NCBI GenBank assembly: GCA_002171615.1 | Contig: NHEF01000019.1 | Location: forward strand, 36,770-100,769 | Length of the DNA: 64,000 nt | Direction of reading: 5' to 3' | From: Gammaproteobacteria bacterium TMED78 | GTDB taxonomy: Bacteria > Pseudomonadota > Gammaproteobacteria > Steroidobacterales > Rariloculaceae | Shown: piece by piece, positions 7,606 through 17,629 of the stretch | Layout of the letters: every line of letters begins with the position of its first letter | How positions within the stretch are numbered: the first letter of the stretch is position 1 | Translations under genes and position numbers: made by a program | Notes under the pieces: generated by a model | Database searches by the model: none | Seen by the model: only the letters and a program-made list of their open reading frames with translations | What the model was told of the DNA's origin: nothing

Positions 7606-9039
7606 CTACCTACTATCCCTCAATGACTCAACTTTACCTTTTAAGTAATTATAAGTATTTTTTTGTTCGTGGGTAAGCTGATCCTCTAATAAGTTTTCAT
7701 ACTCGTATGGATCTTCCAATAAATCAAAAAAAGCTTCTTCCATATTATAACGAATAAATTTATAACGATTATCTCGGATTGCATAATCGGCGTCCGGAAT
7801 ACCAACAGTACCTCCGGAAAAACTATCAGCATAGATCCATTCTCGTTGAGAGCTTGTATTCAAATTTTTTAAAATGGGTAAAAAGCTTACTGAATCTGTA
7901 ACTATATCTTCAGGGACAGCTTCTTCAGGATTTATACCTGCCATTTCCATCACAGTGCTAAATATATCTGTAGAGTTAATAAGAGCATCAGATCTACCAT
8001 TATCAATATCTGGACCAATAACTATTAAGGGAACATTTATACCGCCTTGGTAAATAGTATTTTTTGCAAAACCTTCGCGAAATGGTGGCAAAACTAAATC
8101 ATTCAAGGTCCCGTTATCACCAATAAAAATGACATAAGTATTAGCAAGTACCTCTGGCGATATTGATGTGAGAAGTTTACCTATCTCTATATCCATTGAC
8201 TCAACCATAGCCTTAAAGAATTCTGGCCCCATATCATATGAGTATTCAGCATCTCTATCCATATGAGAAAAATCTGAATTGATAAACTGTTCTGGAGGCA
8301 AGTGTAAAGGTGTATGAGGTAAATTAAAAGCAAACCACATAAACCAAGGATCATCGCCCTGATCCTCTATCCATTCAATAGCATCATTTACTTTTCTATC
8401 TGGGGCATAGCCTGTTACGCCTGTATTAGTTCCATTTATTGTTTGAATCCAAGAGAAAAATGAAGGGGTCGTTCCTCTAATACTGCCCGAATAATGATCA
8501 AATCCAACTAAATTAGGATGGTCTGTCCAGCCATTATCGGCTAGGGCTAAGTGCCATTTACCTATAGCTGCTGTCTTGTAATTAAGATGATTATCAAAAG
8601 CCATAGGAAGCGTAAATTCATTTAGAAACAATCCATGAGTAGTATTAGTCCCTACTCTGGTCCCCATACTTCCTGCCATACCAGGCGTTCTTCCCTCAGC
8701 TGTTGCCCAAGCAGGGAGTCTTGGCGTATCAGGTAAAACTCCACCTCTTGAGGTAGAAGGTACGGCACCACCTATGCCAGTTCTAAATCCATATCTTCCT
8801 GTTAATGCAGTTGCTCTTGTAGGAGAGCAGACAGGCTGAGACCAGAAATTGCTAAATAAAATGCCTTCATCTGCCATCTGGTCAAGGGTAGGTGTAATTC
8901 CAACATCCTCATTCAAGCCATAAGCTGCAAGTGTTTCATTACCCATATCATCACCAATAATTAATAAGATATTAGGTGCTGAAAAACATAGATCTGAAAC
9001 AAATAATAATAATAGTATTTTTAAAATTTTTTTATTCAT
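7606..9039 (-). CDS. Cys-type sulfatase (arylsulfatase A-like, S1 family), exported
   Basis: 477 aa with signal-like N-terminus (LCFSA|PN). Blocks NILLIIGDDMG, the signature PVCSPTRATALTGRY (C-x-P-x-R) and VIFIGDNG. Confidence 0.9.
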   Translation of the reverse strand: MNKKILKILLLLFVSDLCFSAPNILLIIGDDMGNETLAAYGLNEDVGITPTLDQMADEGILFSNFWSQPVCSPTRATALTGRYGFRTGIGGAVPSTSRGGVLPDTPRLPAWATAEGRTPGMAGSMGTRVGTNTTHGLFLNEFTLPMAFDNHLNYKTAAIGKWHLALADNGWTDHPNLVGFDHYSGSIRGTTPSFFSWIQTINGTNTGVTGYAPDRKVNDAIEWIEDQGDDPWFMWFAFNLPHTPLHLPPEQFINSDFSHMDRDAEYSYDMGPEFFKAMVESMDIEIGKLLTSISPEVLANTYVIFIGDNGTLNDLVLPPFREGFAKNTIYQGGINVPLIVIGPDIDNGRSDALINSTDIFSTVMEMAGINPEEAVPEDIVTDSVSFLPILKNLNTSSQREWIYADSFSGGTVGIPDADYAIRDNRYKFIRYNMEEAFFDLLEDPYEYENLLEDQLTHEQKNTYNYLKGKVESLRDSR

Positions 9040-9051
9040 AGTTAATTTACT

Positions 9052-9082
9052 AAAAAAAACCCCAGCTAAAAAACTGGGGTTT
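9052..9082 (-). terminator. intrinsic-terminator-like hairpin between the TonB-dependent receptor and the sulfatase
   Basis: Minus strand reads aaaCCCCAGttttttagCTGGGGtttttttt: a 6-bp GC-rich stem followed by 8 U. It lies 25 nt after the receptor stop and ends only 12 nt before the sulfatase ATG at 9039. Confidence 0.6.
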
Positions 9083-9106
9083 AATTATATTGAACTTATA
9101 AAGAAA

Positions 9107-11602
9107 TTAGAATCTATAAGTAATATGAGCTCCAACTTCTCTTGGCATTCTTGGAGTAATTTGATAAACACGATCTTTACCAGATACTACTGGAAGACGA
9201 TCTTTATAATACATATTAATATATAAAGGCTGTGTTTCATTGGTAAGGTTATTACCATATAAAGTCACATCCCAGTTATCACTCATAAAGCTAAGTGTTG
9301 CGCTTTGAGTCCAGATCTCAGGCATAATAGCCCAATTCATAACATCAAGATAACGCTGACCTGAGTAACGTGAAGCAAGTCTAGCTCTTACGTCCCATCC
9401 AGAATTACCTAGTGGAGCCATATAAGTAGCAGATATAGATCCTTTCCTTGTATGGTGAGCTTCTAAAGCATTTCCACTAATATCTACACAATCAGAAAGT
9501 ACGCCATCAGCTGCAACAGTTTTATCAGCAGTTACGCCATAATCAGTAACTGGTTCTTCATGGCAAGTATCTGTGTAAGTGTTATCCATCCATGCAAAAC
9601 CACTTCTAATTGTCCAGTAATCATTAAGAGCAAGCACAAAATCTATTTCGAGACCCTTCATATCAGCTGAGCCTTGATTGGTATAAATCTGACCACTTTG
9701 CGTATATTCCTCATCATAGGAATCGCCAGTAAATCCACTCCAGTCAAGACCTCTATTCATGATCATGTTTTCCCATTTAGAGGAGTATAAAGCAACATTA
9801 TAAGCTAGCTGATTATCAAAAGCCTGTCCCTTAAGACCAATTTCATAACTAGTTAAGGTTTCTTCATCAGCCTCTCTGAAAGTTGTATGATCATAAGTAA
9901 TGTGTCCAGCTGCTTTAGCTGCCGCTAGAGATGCTATACGAGTAGTATCAGCAAATGTGGGATTTGCTGTAGCTGGGTTAGTTCCCTTAGCGCCTTGTAA
10001 ATATAAAGTAACATCATCATTTAGCTGATGTGTCAAAGATACACGAGGTGAGAACGCATCTGTTTTTAAAGGAATTACGTAGCCTGACAGAGGCTCTCTT
10101 GTTATGCCCTCATCAGTTTGCTGACGGAACTCAGTTGAAAGAGAAGTTCTATCTGATAAATCATAAGTTAAGTTAGCATAATAACCAATAGTTTTAGCAT
10201 CCCTATTCTGAGCTCTATTAGCTACTGGTGTTTTACCTATAGCTGTAGCTAAAGCTGGATCAATTATAGCTGCATATTGTTTATAAGAGAGATCATTACG
10301 ATAGAAATCATATGAAGAAGCTCCAACTACCCATCTAAGAGCAGAATCAGCAGAAGATATCCAACGAACATCGTAATATTTTTCATCATGATAACGAGGA
10401 CTTGCACCAGCCACACAATGTTTTTCTTTAAGCTTACCTAAACTCTTCATTGTACATGGATTATCAAATCCATCTTGATCATGCCAACGAATTCCTGTCT
10501 CTTCAACTTTGGCAGCTTGGAATTGAATAGTTTGTCCATTATCTAAGTTATAGTTAAACTCCATTTGAATTCTTTCATTATCAACCCTAACGCCTGGGTT
10601 AAGTGTTGAATAGGACTTTAAAGTGTTATAACCATCTGTACCTACAGCATAAGGTGCCGCTGTTTGTCCATTAGTTGGATGCGGAGCATTCAAGTCAAAA
10701 TTTCGTCCAATGCTTTGCTGCACACTCAAGAAATCACAGTTAGCCACTCCATCAAGATAGTGATTCTTCTTCTTATCGGTAAGGTTGAAATTTGAACAAG
10801 CTAAGACCTCTCCAGCTGTTGCTACATAGTCTAATGAAGTTCGATCATTAGCTTCCATCTTAGAAAGACGAACTTCTAAATCAAACTTATCACTTGGAGC
10901 CCACTTAAGTTTTGCACTTATATAATCAGTTTCGGTTCCACCTAACCAAGTACCATCAGTGGCTTTCCACCAATCTGGGCCTCTCAAATCTTCGGTATAG
11001 TAATCTAATGTATAGCCAAGAGTATCTGTAATTGGACCACTAAGACCGAGGTTCACTCTATCCCTTTGAAGGTCAGAACTAGAAATAGTTGCTTCTATTT
11101 CTGTTTCTTCACCAGGATCTCTTGTCACATAGTTAAAGGCTCCAGAGAAGGTTGATCTTCCAAATGCAGCACTTTGAGGACCTCTTAAAACTTCTACCCT
11201 CTCTAATCCTACAAACTGAATAAAAGCAGTATTGCCCAATACTGGAACACCATCTATAAAGTTACCTGTTTTTTGTTGTAAAATATTTTGTGAAGTAGTG
11301 GAAACACCTCGAATAGATGGACTGGCGCCAATTCTATCCTTACTTTGGCGATAATCTACTCCAGGAATCTCAGCATACATATCATAATGATCTAGAAAAT
11401 TTGCCTCTTCAAATAATTCATTACTCAAAACACTTATCGCCACAGGGACATCTTTTAGTGCTTCCTCTCTTCTTCTTGCGGTAACAACTATCTCTTCAAG
11501 TAAAACTGCTTGTGCCTGAACAGTTGAAACTGTTGAGGTCATAAAACCAGTAGACATCAACATTGTAAATACTAGTGACAGAAAAAAATATTTAACTCTC
11601 AT
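9107..11602 (-). CDS. TonB-dependent outer-membrane receptor
   Basis: 831 aa with a signal peptide. Plug-domain start EEIVVTARRREEALKDVPVAISV and RVEVLRGPQSAAFGRS. The C-terminus ...GAHITYRF ends in the typical terminal Phe. Confidence 0.92.
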   Translation of the reverse strand: MRVKYFFLSLVFTMLMSTGFMTSTVSTVQAQAVLLEEIVVTARRREEALKDVPVAISVLSNELFEEANFLDHYDMYAEIPGVDYRQSKDRIGASPSIRGVSTTSQNILQQKTGNFIDGVPVLGNTAFIQFVGLERVEVLRGPQSAAFGRSTFSGAFNYVTRDPGEETEIEATISSSDLQRDRVNLGLSGPITDTLGYTLDYYTEDLRGPDWWKATDGTWLGGTETDYISAKLKWAPSDKFDLEVRLSKMEANDRTSLDYVATAGEVLACSNFNLTDKKKNHYLDGVANCDFLSVQQSIGRNFDLNAPHPTNGQTAAPYAVGTDGYNTLKSYSTLNPGVRVDNERIQMEFNYNLDNGQTIQFQAAKVEETGIRWHDQDGFDNPCTMKSLGKLKEKHCVAGASPRYHDEKYYDVRWISSADSALRWVVGASSYDFYRNDLSYKQYAAIIDPALATAIGKTPVANRAQNRDAKTIGYYANLTYDLSDRTSLSTEFRQQTDEGITREPLSGYVIPLKTDAFSPRVSLTHQLNDDVTLYLQGAKGTNPATANPTFADTTRIASLAAAKAAGHITYDHTTFREADEETLTSYEIGLKGQAFDNQLAYNVALYSSKWENMIMNRGLDWSGFTGDSYDEEYTQSGQIYTNQGSADMKGLEIDFVLALNDYWTIRSGFAWMDNTYTDTCHEEPVTDYGVTADKTVAADGVLSDCVDISGNALEAHHTRKGSISATYMAPLGNSGWDVRARLASRYSGQRYLDVMNWAIMPEIWTQSATLSFMSDNWDVTLYGNNLTNETQPLYINMYYKDRLPVVSGKDRVYQITPRMPREVGAHITYRF

Positions 11603-11869
11603 TTATGGCTCCTAATTTAATAATTTCTAGAAAATTATATATAAATAAAATATTACAACTTATGATGTTACTTTTTTCACTACAATATGTCCACACTAAT
11701 ATACAATCGTAAGTTATTATTTTTACTATTAATTAATATCCTTATAACTTTATAGCTTAAGTACTTATTTTTTTTGTTGTTTTTATGATACAGATAATAA
11801 TCTTAAAACCACTGTGATAAGGAAGTACGCCATAGTAAAATATTTTTTTATATAAATTAAAGGAACGAA

Positions 11870-12769
11870 ATGCTTGACGATATAAATAAAGAACAGCTTG
11901 ATAAAATGCAAAACGGTAATGGCTTTATTGCAGCTTTAGATCAAAGTGGTGGCAGCACTCCAAAAGCATTAGGCTTGTATGGTGTCAATGAAGATGCATG
12001 GTCAAGCGATGAAGAGATGTTTGCCCTCGTTCATAAGATGAGAAGTAGGATAATTAAAAGCAGTTCATTCAAAGGTGAAAATATATTAGCAGCAATACTA
12101 TTTGAAAATACGATGGATAAAGAAATTGATGGCATACCAACAGCTGATTATTTATGGAAAAATAAAAATATTGTTCCTATCTTAAAAATAGATAAAGGAC
12201 TCGCTGAAGAAATAAATGGCGTTCAACTTATGAAACCTATGCCTGAATTAAATACCCTCTTAAATAAGGCAAACTCAAAAGGAATTTTTGGCACTAAGAT
12301 GAGATCAGTAATCAAACAATATTCAGAAAATGGAATAACGGAAATAGTTAATCAACAATTTTTAATTGCCAAAGAAATTTTATCTTCTGGCCTAATTCCA
12401 ATAGTTGAGCCAGAGGTAGATATTCATTGCCCGGATAAAACAAGCGCTGAAGAGAAATTAAAAAGTTGTATTCTTGAGAACCTAGAAAAACTAGATTCAA
12501 ATGACTTAATAATGCTTAAACTGACCTTGCCTGAAAAAGACAATCTTTACTTAGATTGTATAAAACACCCAAAAACACTTAGAGTTGTAGCATTGTCCGG
12601 CGGTTATAGCAGAGATGAAGCAAATAATAGACTAACAAAGCAAAAAGGAATGATCGCTAGCTTCTCAAGAGCGCTCTCTGAAGGGCTATCTACTGATCAA
12701 TCAAATGAGGAATTTGAAATACGATTAAGTAATTCGATCAATGAAATTTGTACAGCATCAATTAGTTGA
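11870..12769 (+). CDS. fda: fructose-bisphosphate aldolase, class I
   Basis: 299 aa. NGNGFIAALDQSGGSTPKALGLYGV, VPILKIDKGL and IFGTKMRS are co-linear with class I Fda as I recall it from Staphylococcus. Confidence 0.85.
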   Translation: MLDDINKEQLDKMQNGNGFIAALDQSGGSTPKALGLYGVNEDAWSSDEEMFALVHKMRSRIIKSSSFKGENILAAILFENTMDKEIDGIPTADYLWKNKNIVPILKIDKGLAEEINGVQLMKPMPELNTLLNKANSKGIFGTKMRSVIKQYSENGITEIVNQQFLIAKEILSSGLIPIVEPEVDIHCPDKTSAEEKLKSCILENLEKLDSNDLIMLKLTLPEKDNLYLDCIKHPKTLRVVALSGGYSRDEANNRLTKQKGMIASFSRALSEGLSTDQSNEEFEIRLSNSINEICTASIS

Positions 12770-14038
12770 AATTATTTCTCTATTCTTCATATAAGGCCTC
12801 AAGATATCTGGAATAGTTATCGTTCCATCTTCATTTTGGTAATTTTCTAATATAGCTATTAAGGCCCTTCCTACTGCTACTCCAGAGCCATTTAAAGTAT
12901 GAACTAATTCTGGTTTTTGCATTTCCAAGTTCTTCCATCGTGCCTTAATTCTCCTAGACTGAAAATCTTCACAATTACTACAAGAAGAAATTTCTCTAAA
13001 ACAATTTTGACTAGGAAGCCAAACCTCAATATCAAAAGTTTTTGAGGCACTAAAACCAGTATCTCCACTACACAATGTAACCACTCTATAGGGAAGATTT
13101 AGCTTTCTAAGAATGATTTCTGCATGGCTCAAAAGCTCATCTAGTGCGTTATATGAATCTTCTGGCTTTACAATTTGAACTAATTCAACCTTATCAAACT
13201 GATGCTGACGAATCATTCCTCTTGTATCCTTTCCATATGATCCTGCCTCTGACCTAAAGCAAGGAGTATGAGCAACAAGCTTCATAGGAAGATTTTCAGC
13301 CTTAACTATTTTATCTCTTAATAAGTTAGTTAATGGCACTTCAGCTGTTGGAATCAAGGCCAGATCCTTTTCTCCATCTACAAAAAATAAATCTTGTTTA
13401 AATTTTGGGAGCTGACCTGTACCAAATAAAGTTTGGGAATTGACTAAATAAGGGAGGTACATCTCCTCATAGCCATGCTCTAATGTATGTATATCAATCA
13501 TAAATTGAGCTAAGGCTCTATGCAACATAGCTAAATCATTTCTCAATACAGCAAATCTACTACCTGATAATTTACTAGCACCCTCTAAATCTATCAGACC
13601 AAGACCCTCTGCTAGTTCAACATGATCTAATGGATCGAAACTAAAAGTTTTTGGAGAGCCCCACTCAGTATGTAATTTATTTGAGGAATCATCTTTACCT
13701 TGTGGAACTGACTCATGCAATAAATTTGGTAGATCTTGGGTTAATCTATCAAGATTTTCATTTACTTGTTTTAACTTGCTTTCTTCATTAATGAGAGAGG
13801 CACTAACATTATCAACATCTTTTTTTATTTCTGAGATATCTAAGCCTTTGCCTTTGTTTTTTCCAATAGATTTTGAGATCTTATTACGCTGCTGTCTTAA
13901 CTGCTCAACTTTAATTTGTAGTTCCTTACGACTCACCTCTAGAAGTCTTAATTTATTTTTATCTAAAACATATCCTCGCTTAGCAAGATTGTCTGCTACA
14001 AAATCTAAATCTGATCTCAGTAATTTTGGATTAATCAT
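12758..14038 (-). CDS. serS: seryl-tRNA synthetase
   Basis: 426 aa. N-terminal coiled-coil arm (MINPKLLRSDLDFV...) and class II core motifs (FRSEAGSYGKDTRGMIRQHQFDKVE, TLNGSGVAVGRALIAILENYQ). Confidence 0.95.
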   Translation of the reverse strand: MINPKLLRSDLDFVADNLAKRGYVLDKNKLRLLEVSRKELQIKVEQLRQQRNKISKSIGKNKGKGLDISEIKKDVDNVSASLINEESKLKQVNENLDRLTQDLPNLLHESVPQGKDDSSNKLHTEWGSPKTFSFDPLDHVELAEGLGLIDLEGASKLSGSRFAVLRNDLAMLHRALAQFMIDIHTLEHGYEEMYLPYLVNSQTLFGTGQLPKFKQDLFFVDGEKDLALIPTAEVPLTNLLRDKIVKAENLPMKLVAHTPCFRSEAGSYGKDTRGMIRQHQFDKVELVQIVKPEDSYNALDELLSHAEIILRKLNLPYRVVTLCSGDTGFSASKTFDIEVWLPSQNCFREISSCSNCEDFQSRRIKARWKNLEMQKPELVHTLNGSGVAVGRALIAILENYQNEDGTITIPDILRPYMKNREIISTN

Positions 14039-14408
14039 AAATTCTTCTAAGAATAAAATTGGAGATAATTATGCCTACAATAATACCAGAAACATTTGCA
14101 AATAAATCATATAACTCGAAAGCTCGATAAAGAGTATAGCCTTGAATTACCTCCAAAGAAAAACCTAGTATAAATAAACTAACTCCTAATCTTAGGTATG
14201 CCTGCATCTTATGAGGTTTAGAAAAAAGTATAGTTAGAAGAGCATAAGATAAAAAATGAAATAGCTTATCTATTGGATAATCAGAATAGCTTGATGGAGT
14301 AGACAACGGAAAAGGAATAATGCTAAAAATTATAACTAATAAAAGTAGAAACCAGCTAATAAAGTTCCTAATAGAATTTTTATAGCTTTCTAATAAATTT
14401 TTAATCAT
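14031..14408 (-). CDS. VanZ-like small membrane protein
   Basis: 125 aa with about 4 hydrophobic helices. The pattern DKLFHFLSYALL ... LEVIQGYTLYRAFELYDLFANVSG resembles the VanZ family. 8-nt overlaps with both neighbours. Confidence 0.55.
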   Translation of the reverse strand: MIKNLLESYKNSIRNFISWFLLLLVIIFSIIPFPLSTPSSYSDYPIDKLFHFLSYALLTILFSKPHKMQAYLRLGVSLFILGFSLEVIQGYTLYRAFELYDLFANVSGIIVGIIISNFILRRIYD

Positions 14409-15093
14409 CTTCTAGAGAGCCGATTAAGTCAGCATCTTGAGGTAAGTCAAAAATAAAAATATCTTTTGAGATATTAGTTTCGACTGAAACATCAAAAAAA
14501 GAGATATGAGTTTTTTGACCTAAGCTATTTAAGAAGTTTAATTCTTTAAGAGAGTCGCTCTCAAAACCCAAAAAAAATGCTCTTATGTCCAGTTGCTGAG
14601 ATCCAAAATCAATCTCAAACCACTCTATACCATTTTTCAAATAAATACTGCTTATTGAGAAAGTATCGCTATCAGATGAGGCTTCGCTTAAAATATAGGC
14701 AGGTGTATGATAAAGCTTATCATCCTGGGGCATAACAGTAACCTGATTCAGGTCTTTATCATAAAACCATATTCTATTTCCATCAGCTAACAAGATCTGC
14801 TCATATGGATCACTATAATTCCACAAAAATTTATTGGGGCGAAGAATAAATACACTTCCAAAACTTCTTGAAATTAGATTACCTTGATTATCATATAGAT
14901 CTTGACGAAAGCCGGCTTGAAAGGTATCTGAAGAACCTAAAAACTTACCTAAAGTAGATTCATTAGGGCTTGGAATTGAGTGTTGGGCAATTGCTAAATT
15001 AATTAGAAATTGAGAAATTCCTAGCGAAAAAATTACAATAGATAAACTAGCCTTCTTCAGGATTAGGTGGCACCAATACATCTCTTGATCCAT
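14401..15093 (-). CDS. lolA: outer-membrane lipoprotein carrier protein LolA
   Basis: [11 protein letters not shown]...[39 protein letters not shown] is typical LolA, and its position after ftsK matches E. coli. The ORF start overlaps the ftsK 3' end by 47 nt, so the true start may be further downstream. Confidence 0.85.
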   Translation of the reverse strand: MDQEMYWCHLILKKASLSIVIFSLGISQFLINLAIAQHSIPSPNESTLGKFLGSSDTFQAGFRQDLYDNQGNLISRSFGSVFILRPNKFLWNYSDPYEQILLADGNRIWFYDKDLNQVTVMPQDDKLYHTPAYILSEASSDSDTFSISSIYLKNGIEWFEIDFGSQQLDIRAFFLGFESDSLKELNFLNSLGQKTHISFFDVSVETNISKDIFIFDLPQDADLIGSLEDD

Positions 15094-17308
15094 TAGATTC
15101 GAGTTTACTAACTATACCAGCTTCTTCCATAGTTTCCACCATCCTAGCTGCCCTATTATAACCAATCTTTAAGCGTCTCTGAACACCTGAAATAGAAGCT
15201 TTCTGAGTTTTAATTACTACCGCTACTGCCTCATCATAGAGTGGATCTTGTTCGCCATCTAAAGCTGAGGATCCACCAATACTTGAAGATTCATCTTTCC
15301 TATCAGCAATTATCTCATCTATAAATGACGGCGGGCCAGCTGTTTTCAAACTATTAACTACAGCATGGACCTCTCCATCAGAAACAAATGCACCATGAAC
15401 TCTTGTAGGTATAGAAGAACCTGGGGGCAAATAAAGCATATCACCGTGGCCTAAAAGCTGCTCTGCCCCTCCTTGATCCAGGATTGTTCTAGAGTCAACT
15501 TTAGCAGAAACTTGAAATGCTATTCTAGAAGGTATATTTGCTTTTATAAGTCCAGTAATTACATCAACTGAGGGTCTCTGAGTTGCAATTATCATATATA
15601 TTCCAGATGCTCTAGCTTTTTGTGCCAACCTTGCAATTAATTCTTCAACTTTTTTACCTACCAGCATCATCATATCTGCTAATTCATCAACTATAACAAC
15701 TATTTCTGGAAGTGGCTCAAGATGCAAAGCGGTATTTAAACCATCATCACCCTTTTCAAATAAAGGATTTGTAATAGGGTCTCCCTTATCAAGAGACTCC
15801 CTAACTTTATTATTGTATCCAGAAATATGCCTTACCCCTAAATGAGCCATTAGGTTATATCTTCTATCCATTTCACTTACACACCACCTTAGAGCATTAG
15901 AAGCTTGCTTCATATCGGTCACAACTGGAGATAATAGGTGAGGAATGCCCTCATAAACTGAAAGTTCTAACATTTTTGGATCAATCATTATTAATCTAAC
16001 TTGCTCAGGAGTTGATTTATAAAGCAAGCTTAGAATCATTGCGTTTATTGCTACAGATTTACCAGAGCCAGTGGTTCCAGCAATTAATAAATGTGGCATC
16101 TTAGCTAAATCAGCAACAACTGGCTGCCCACCAATATCTTTTCCTAATGCTAAAGTTAATGAAGATCCCATATCATCATAAGTCTTAGACTTAATAATCT
16201 CTCCTAAAGCTACGAGCTGTCTTGCTTCATTAGGTATCTCTAATCCAACAAAAGGCTTTCCTGGAATAACGTCTACCACCCTTACACTTATCGTAGAGAG
16301 TGACCGAGCAAGGTCCTTGGAAAGGTTTGCTATTTGATTAACCTTTACTCCTGCAGCAGGTTTAACCTCAAACCTAGTAACAACAGGGCCAGGCTGAACA
16401 GAAATAACCTCAGCCTCTATTCCAAAATCATTAAGTTTTAACTCTACCAATCTTGACATTGCCTCTAATGCATCCTGTGAGTAACCACCTTTAGCTTCTG
16501 GAGGGTCGTCCAAAAGAGAAAGTTCTGGAATGTCAGAATTATTTATTGTTTCGAATAAAGGCACCTGTTTTTCTTGATGTGAGCGATCACTCAGCTCTAC
16601 CCCTTCAATAGATGGCTCAATTTTTACTTTTTGAGAAGAGGTCTTTTTAATTCTATCCTTTTCAAAAGTTTTTTTTCTTTCCTTTTTAGCTTGATAACCT
16701 TGGATAGTAATCTTAATCTGAGAAACTGAAGAACTTAATAAAGATAAAAACCTCAAAATTAGCCAACCAAGCTTATCTATTACTTTTAGCCATGAAATTC
16801 CACTAAATAACGAAATACAAACAAATAGAGCAATCAATAAAAGTAGTGTTGCCCCTAACATGCCCAGAAGATTTAATAAATTTTGTCCAACTAGCTGTCC
16901 TGCAACTCCTCCAGCAGTTTCTCTAAGATCTCGAGAAAAAAAATGTAACGTAGCTAGCCCACAACTAGAAAATAATAAAAATAGAAACCCAATAGCTTTC
17001 CATAATATATGCACAGGAGAAAATACTGACACTTTTGCCTTATATCTTAAGTACCCAATAAAAGAAAAAATTACAGGAAAAAGATATGCTGGATAGCCAA
17101 AAAACATAAAAGATAAATCAGCAATCCAAGCACCAACAGGGCCAATTTTATTTGAGATCTCTAGACCAGCTCCTGAAATACTAAAAGCTGCATCGTTCTG
17201 GTCATAAGTCGCAAGTGCAATAAAAAAAATCATTGATAGGCCTAAACATAGCCATAATATCGACTCTCTTAATGCTCGTGACCAAGGCGAATCTTCTGAG
17301 GAAATCAT
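15047..17308 (-). CDS. ftsK: DNA translocase FtsK
   Basis: 753 aa. N-terminal membrane helices, motor domain with Walker A GTTGSGKS, and a C-terminal gamma domain ([20 protein letters not shown]). Confidence 0.95.
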   Translation of the reverse strand: MISSEDSPWSRALRESILWLCLGLSMIFFIALATYDQNDAAFSISGAGLEISNKIGPVGAWIADLSFMFFGYPAYLFPVIFSFIGYLRYKAKVSVFSPVHILWKAIGFLFLLFSSCGLATLHFFSRDLRETAGGVAGQLVGQNLLNLLGMLGATLLLLIALFVCISLFSGISWLKVIDKLGWLILRFLSLLSSSVSQIKITIQGYQAKKERKKTFEKDRIKKTSSQKVKIEPSIEGVELSDRSHQEKQVPLFETINNSDIPELSLLDDPPEAKGGYSQDALEAMSRLVELKLNDFGIEAEVISVQPGPVVTRFEVKPAAGVKVNQIANLSKDLARSLSTISVRVVDVIPGKPFVGLEIPNEARQLVALGEIIKSKTYDDMGSSLTLALGKDIGGQPVVADLAKMPHLLIAGTTGSGKSVAINAMILSLLYKSTPEQVRLIMIDPKMLELSVYEGIPHLLSPVVTDMKQASNALRWCVSEMDRRYNLMAHLGVRHISGYNNKVRESLDKGDPITNPLFEKGDDGLNTALHLEPLPEIVVIVDELADMMMLVGKKVEELIARLAQKARASGIYMIIATQRPSVDVITGLIKANIPSRIAFQVSAKVDSRTILDQGGAEQLLGHGDMLYLPPGSSIPTRVHGAFVSDGEVHAVVNSLKTAGPPSFIDEIIADRKDESSSIGGSSALDGEQDPLYDEAVAVVIKTQKASISGVQRRLKIGYNRAARMVETMEEAGIVSKLESNGSRDVLVPPNPEEG

Positions 17309-17410
17309 AACTAATTATAAAACTTTCTTTCAATAATGTAATCAATATTAACTATAAATAGCTAAAGATGATGAAAGTTTCTAAGAAAAAAAGTAAAATA
17401 ATGTAAAATT

Positions 17411-17629
17411 ATGGCAAAAGAAGAAGCAATACAAATGGACGGGATTGTTATCGAGACTCTCCCAAATACTACCTTCCGTGTAGAATTAGAGAACGGTCAT
17501 GTAGTTACTTCGCATATCTCTGGAAAAATGCGTAAAAATTATATACGGATCCTAAAAGGGGATAAGGTAGCTATAGAAGTTACACCCTACGATCTTAGCA
17601 AGGGCAGAATTATATATAGAGACCGTTAG
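17411..17629 (+). CDS. infA: translation initiation factor IF-1
   Basis: 72 aa, [30 protein letters not shown]...; near-universal IF-1 sequence. Confidence 0.97.
   Translation: MAKEEAIQMDGIVIETLPNTTFRVELENGHVVTSHISGKMRKNYIRILKGDKVAIEVTPYDLSKGRIIYRDR

Noticed and set aside
11603-11869. 267-nt gap upstream of the TonB-dependent receptor, considered as a riboswitch (e.g. cobalamin) or sRNA
   Set aside because: The sequence is almost pure A/T with no GC-paired helices or conserved riboswitch core motifs. It is more simply a divergent promoter region for the receptor and fda.
13776-14105. 109-aa plus-strand ORF
   Set aside because: It is antisense to the serS 5' region and the VanZ-like gene. 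It has low-complexity Ser/Leu-rich content typical of shadow frames in AT-rich DNA.
14031-14408. Replacement of rarA by a VanZ-like gene in the ftsK-lolA-(rarA)-serS block
   Set aside because: It is a real difference from E. coli synteny, but a simple gene-content difference with no further signal. It is not pursued as a finding.
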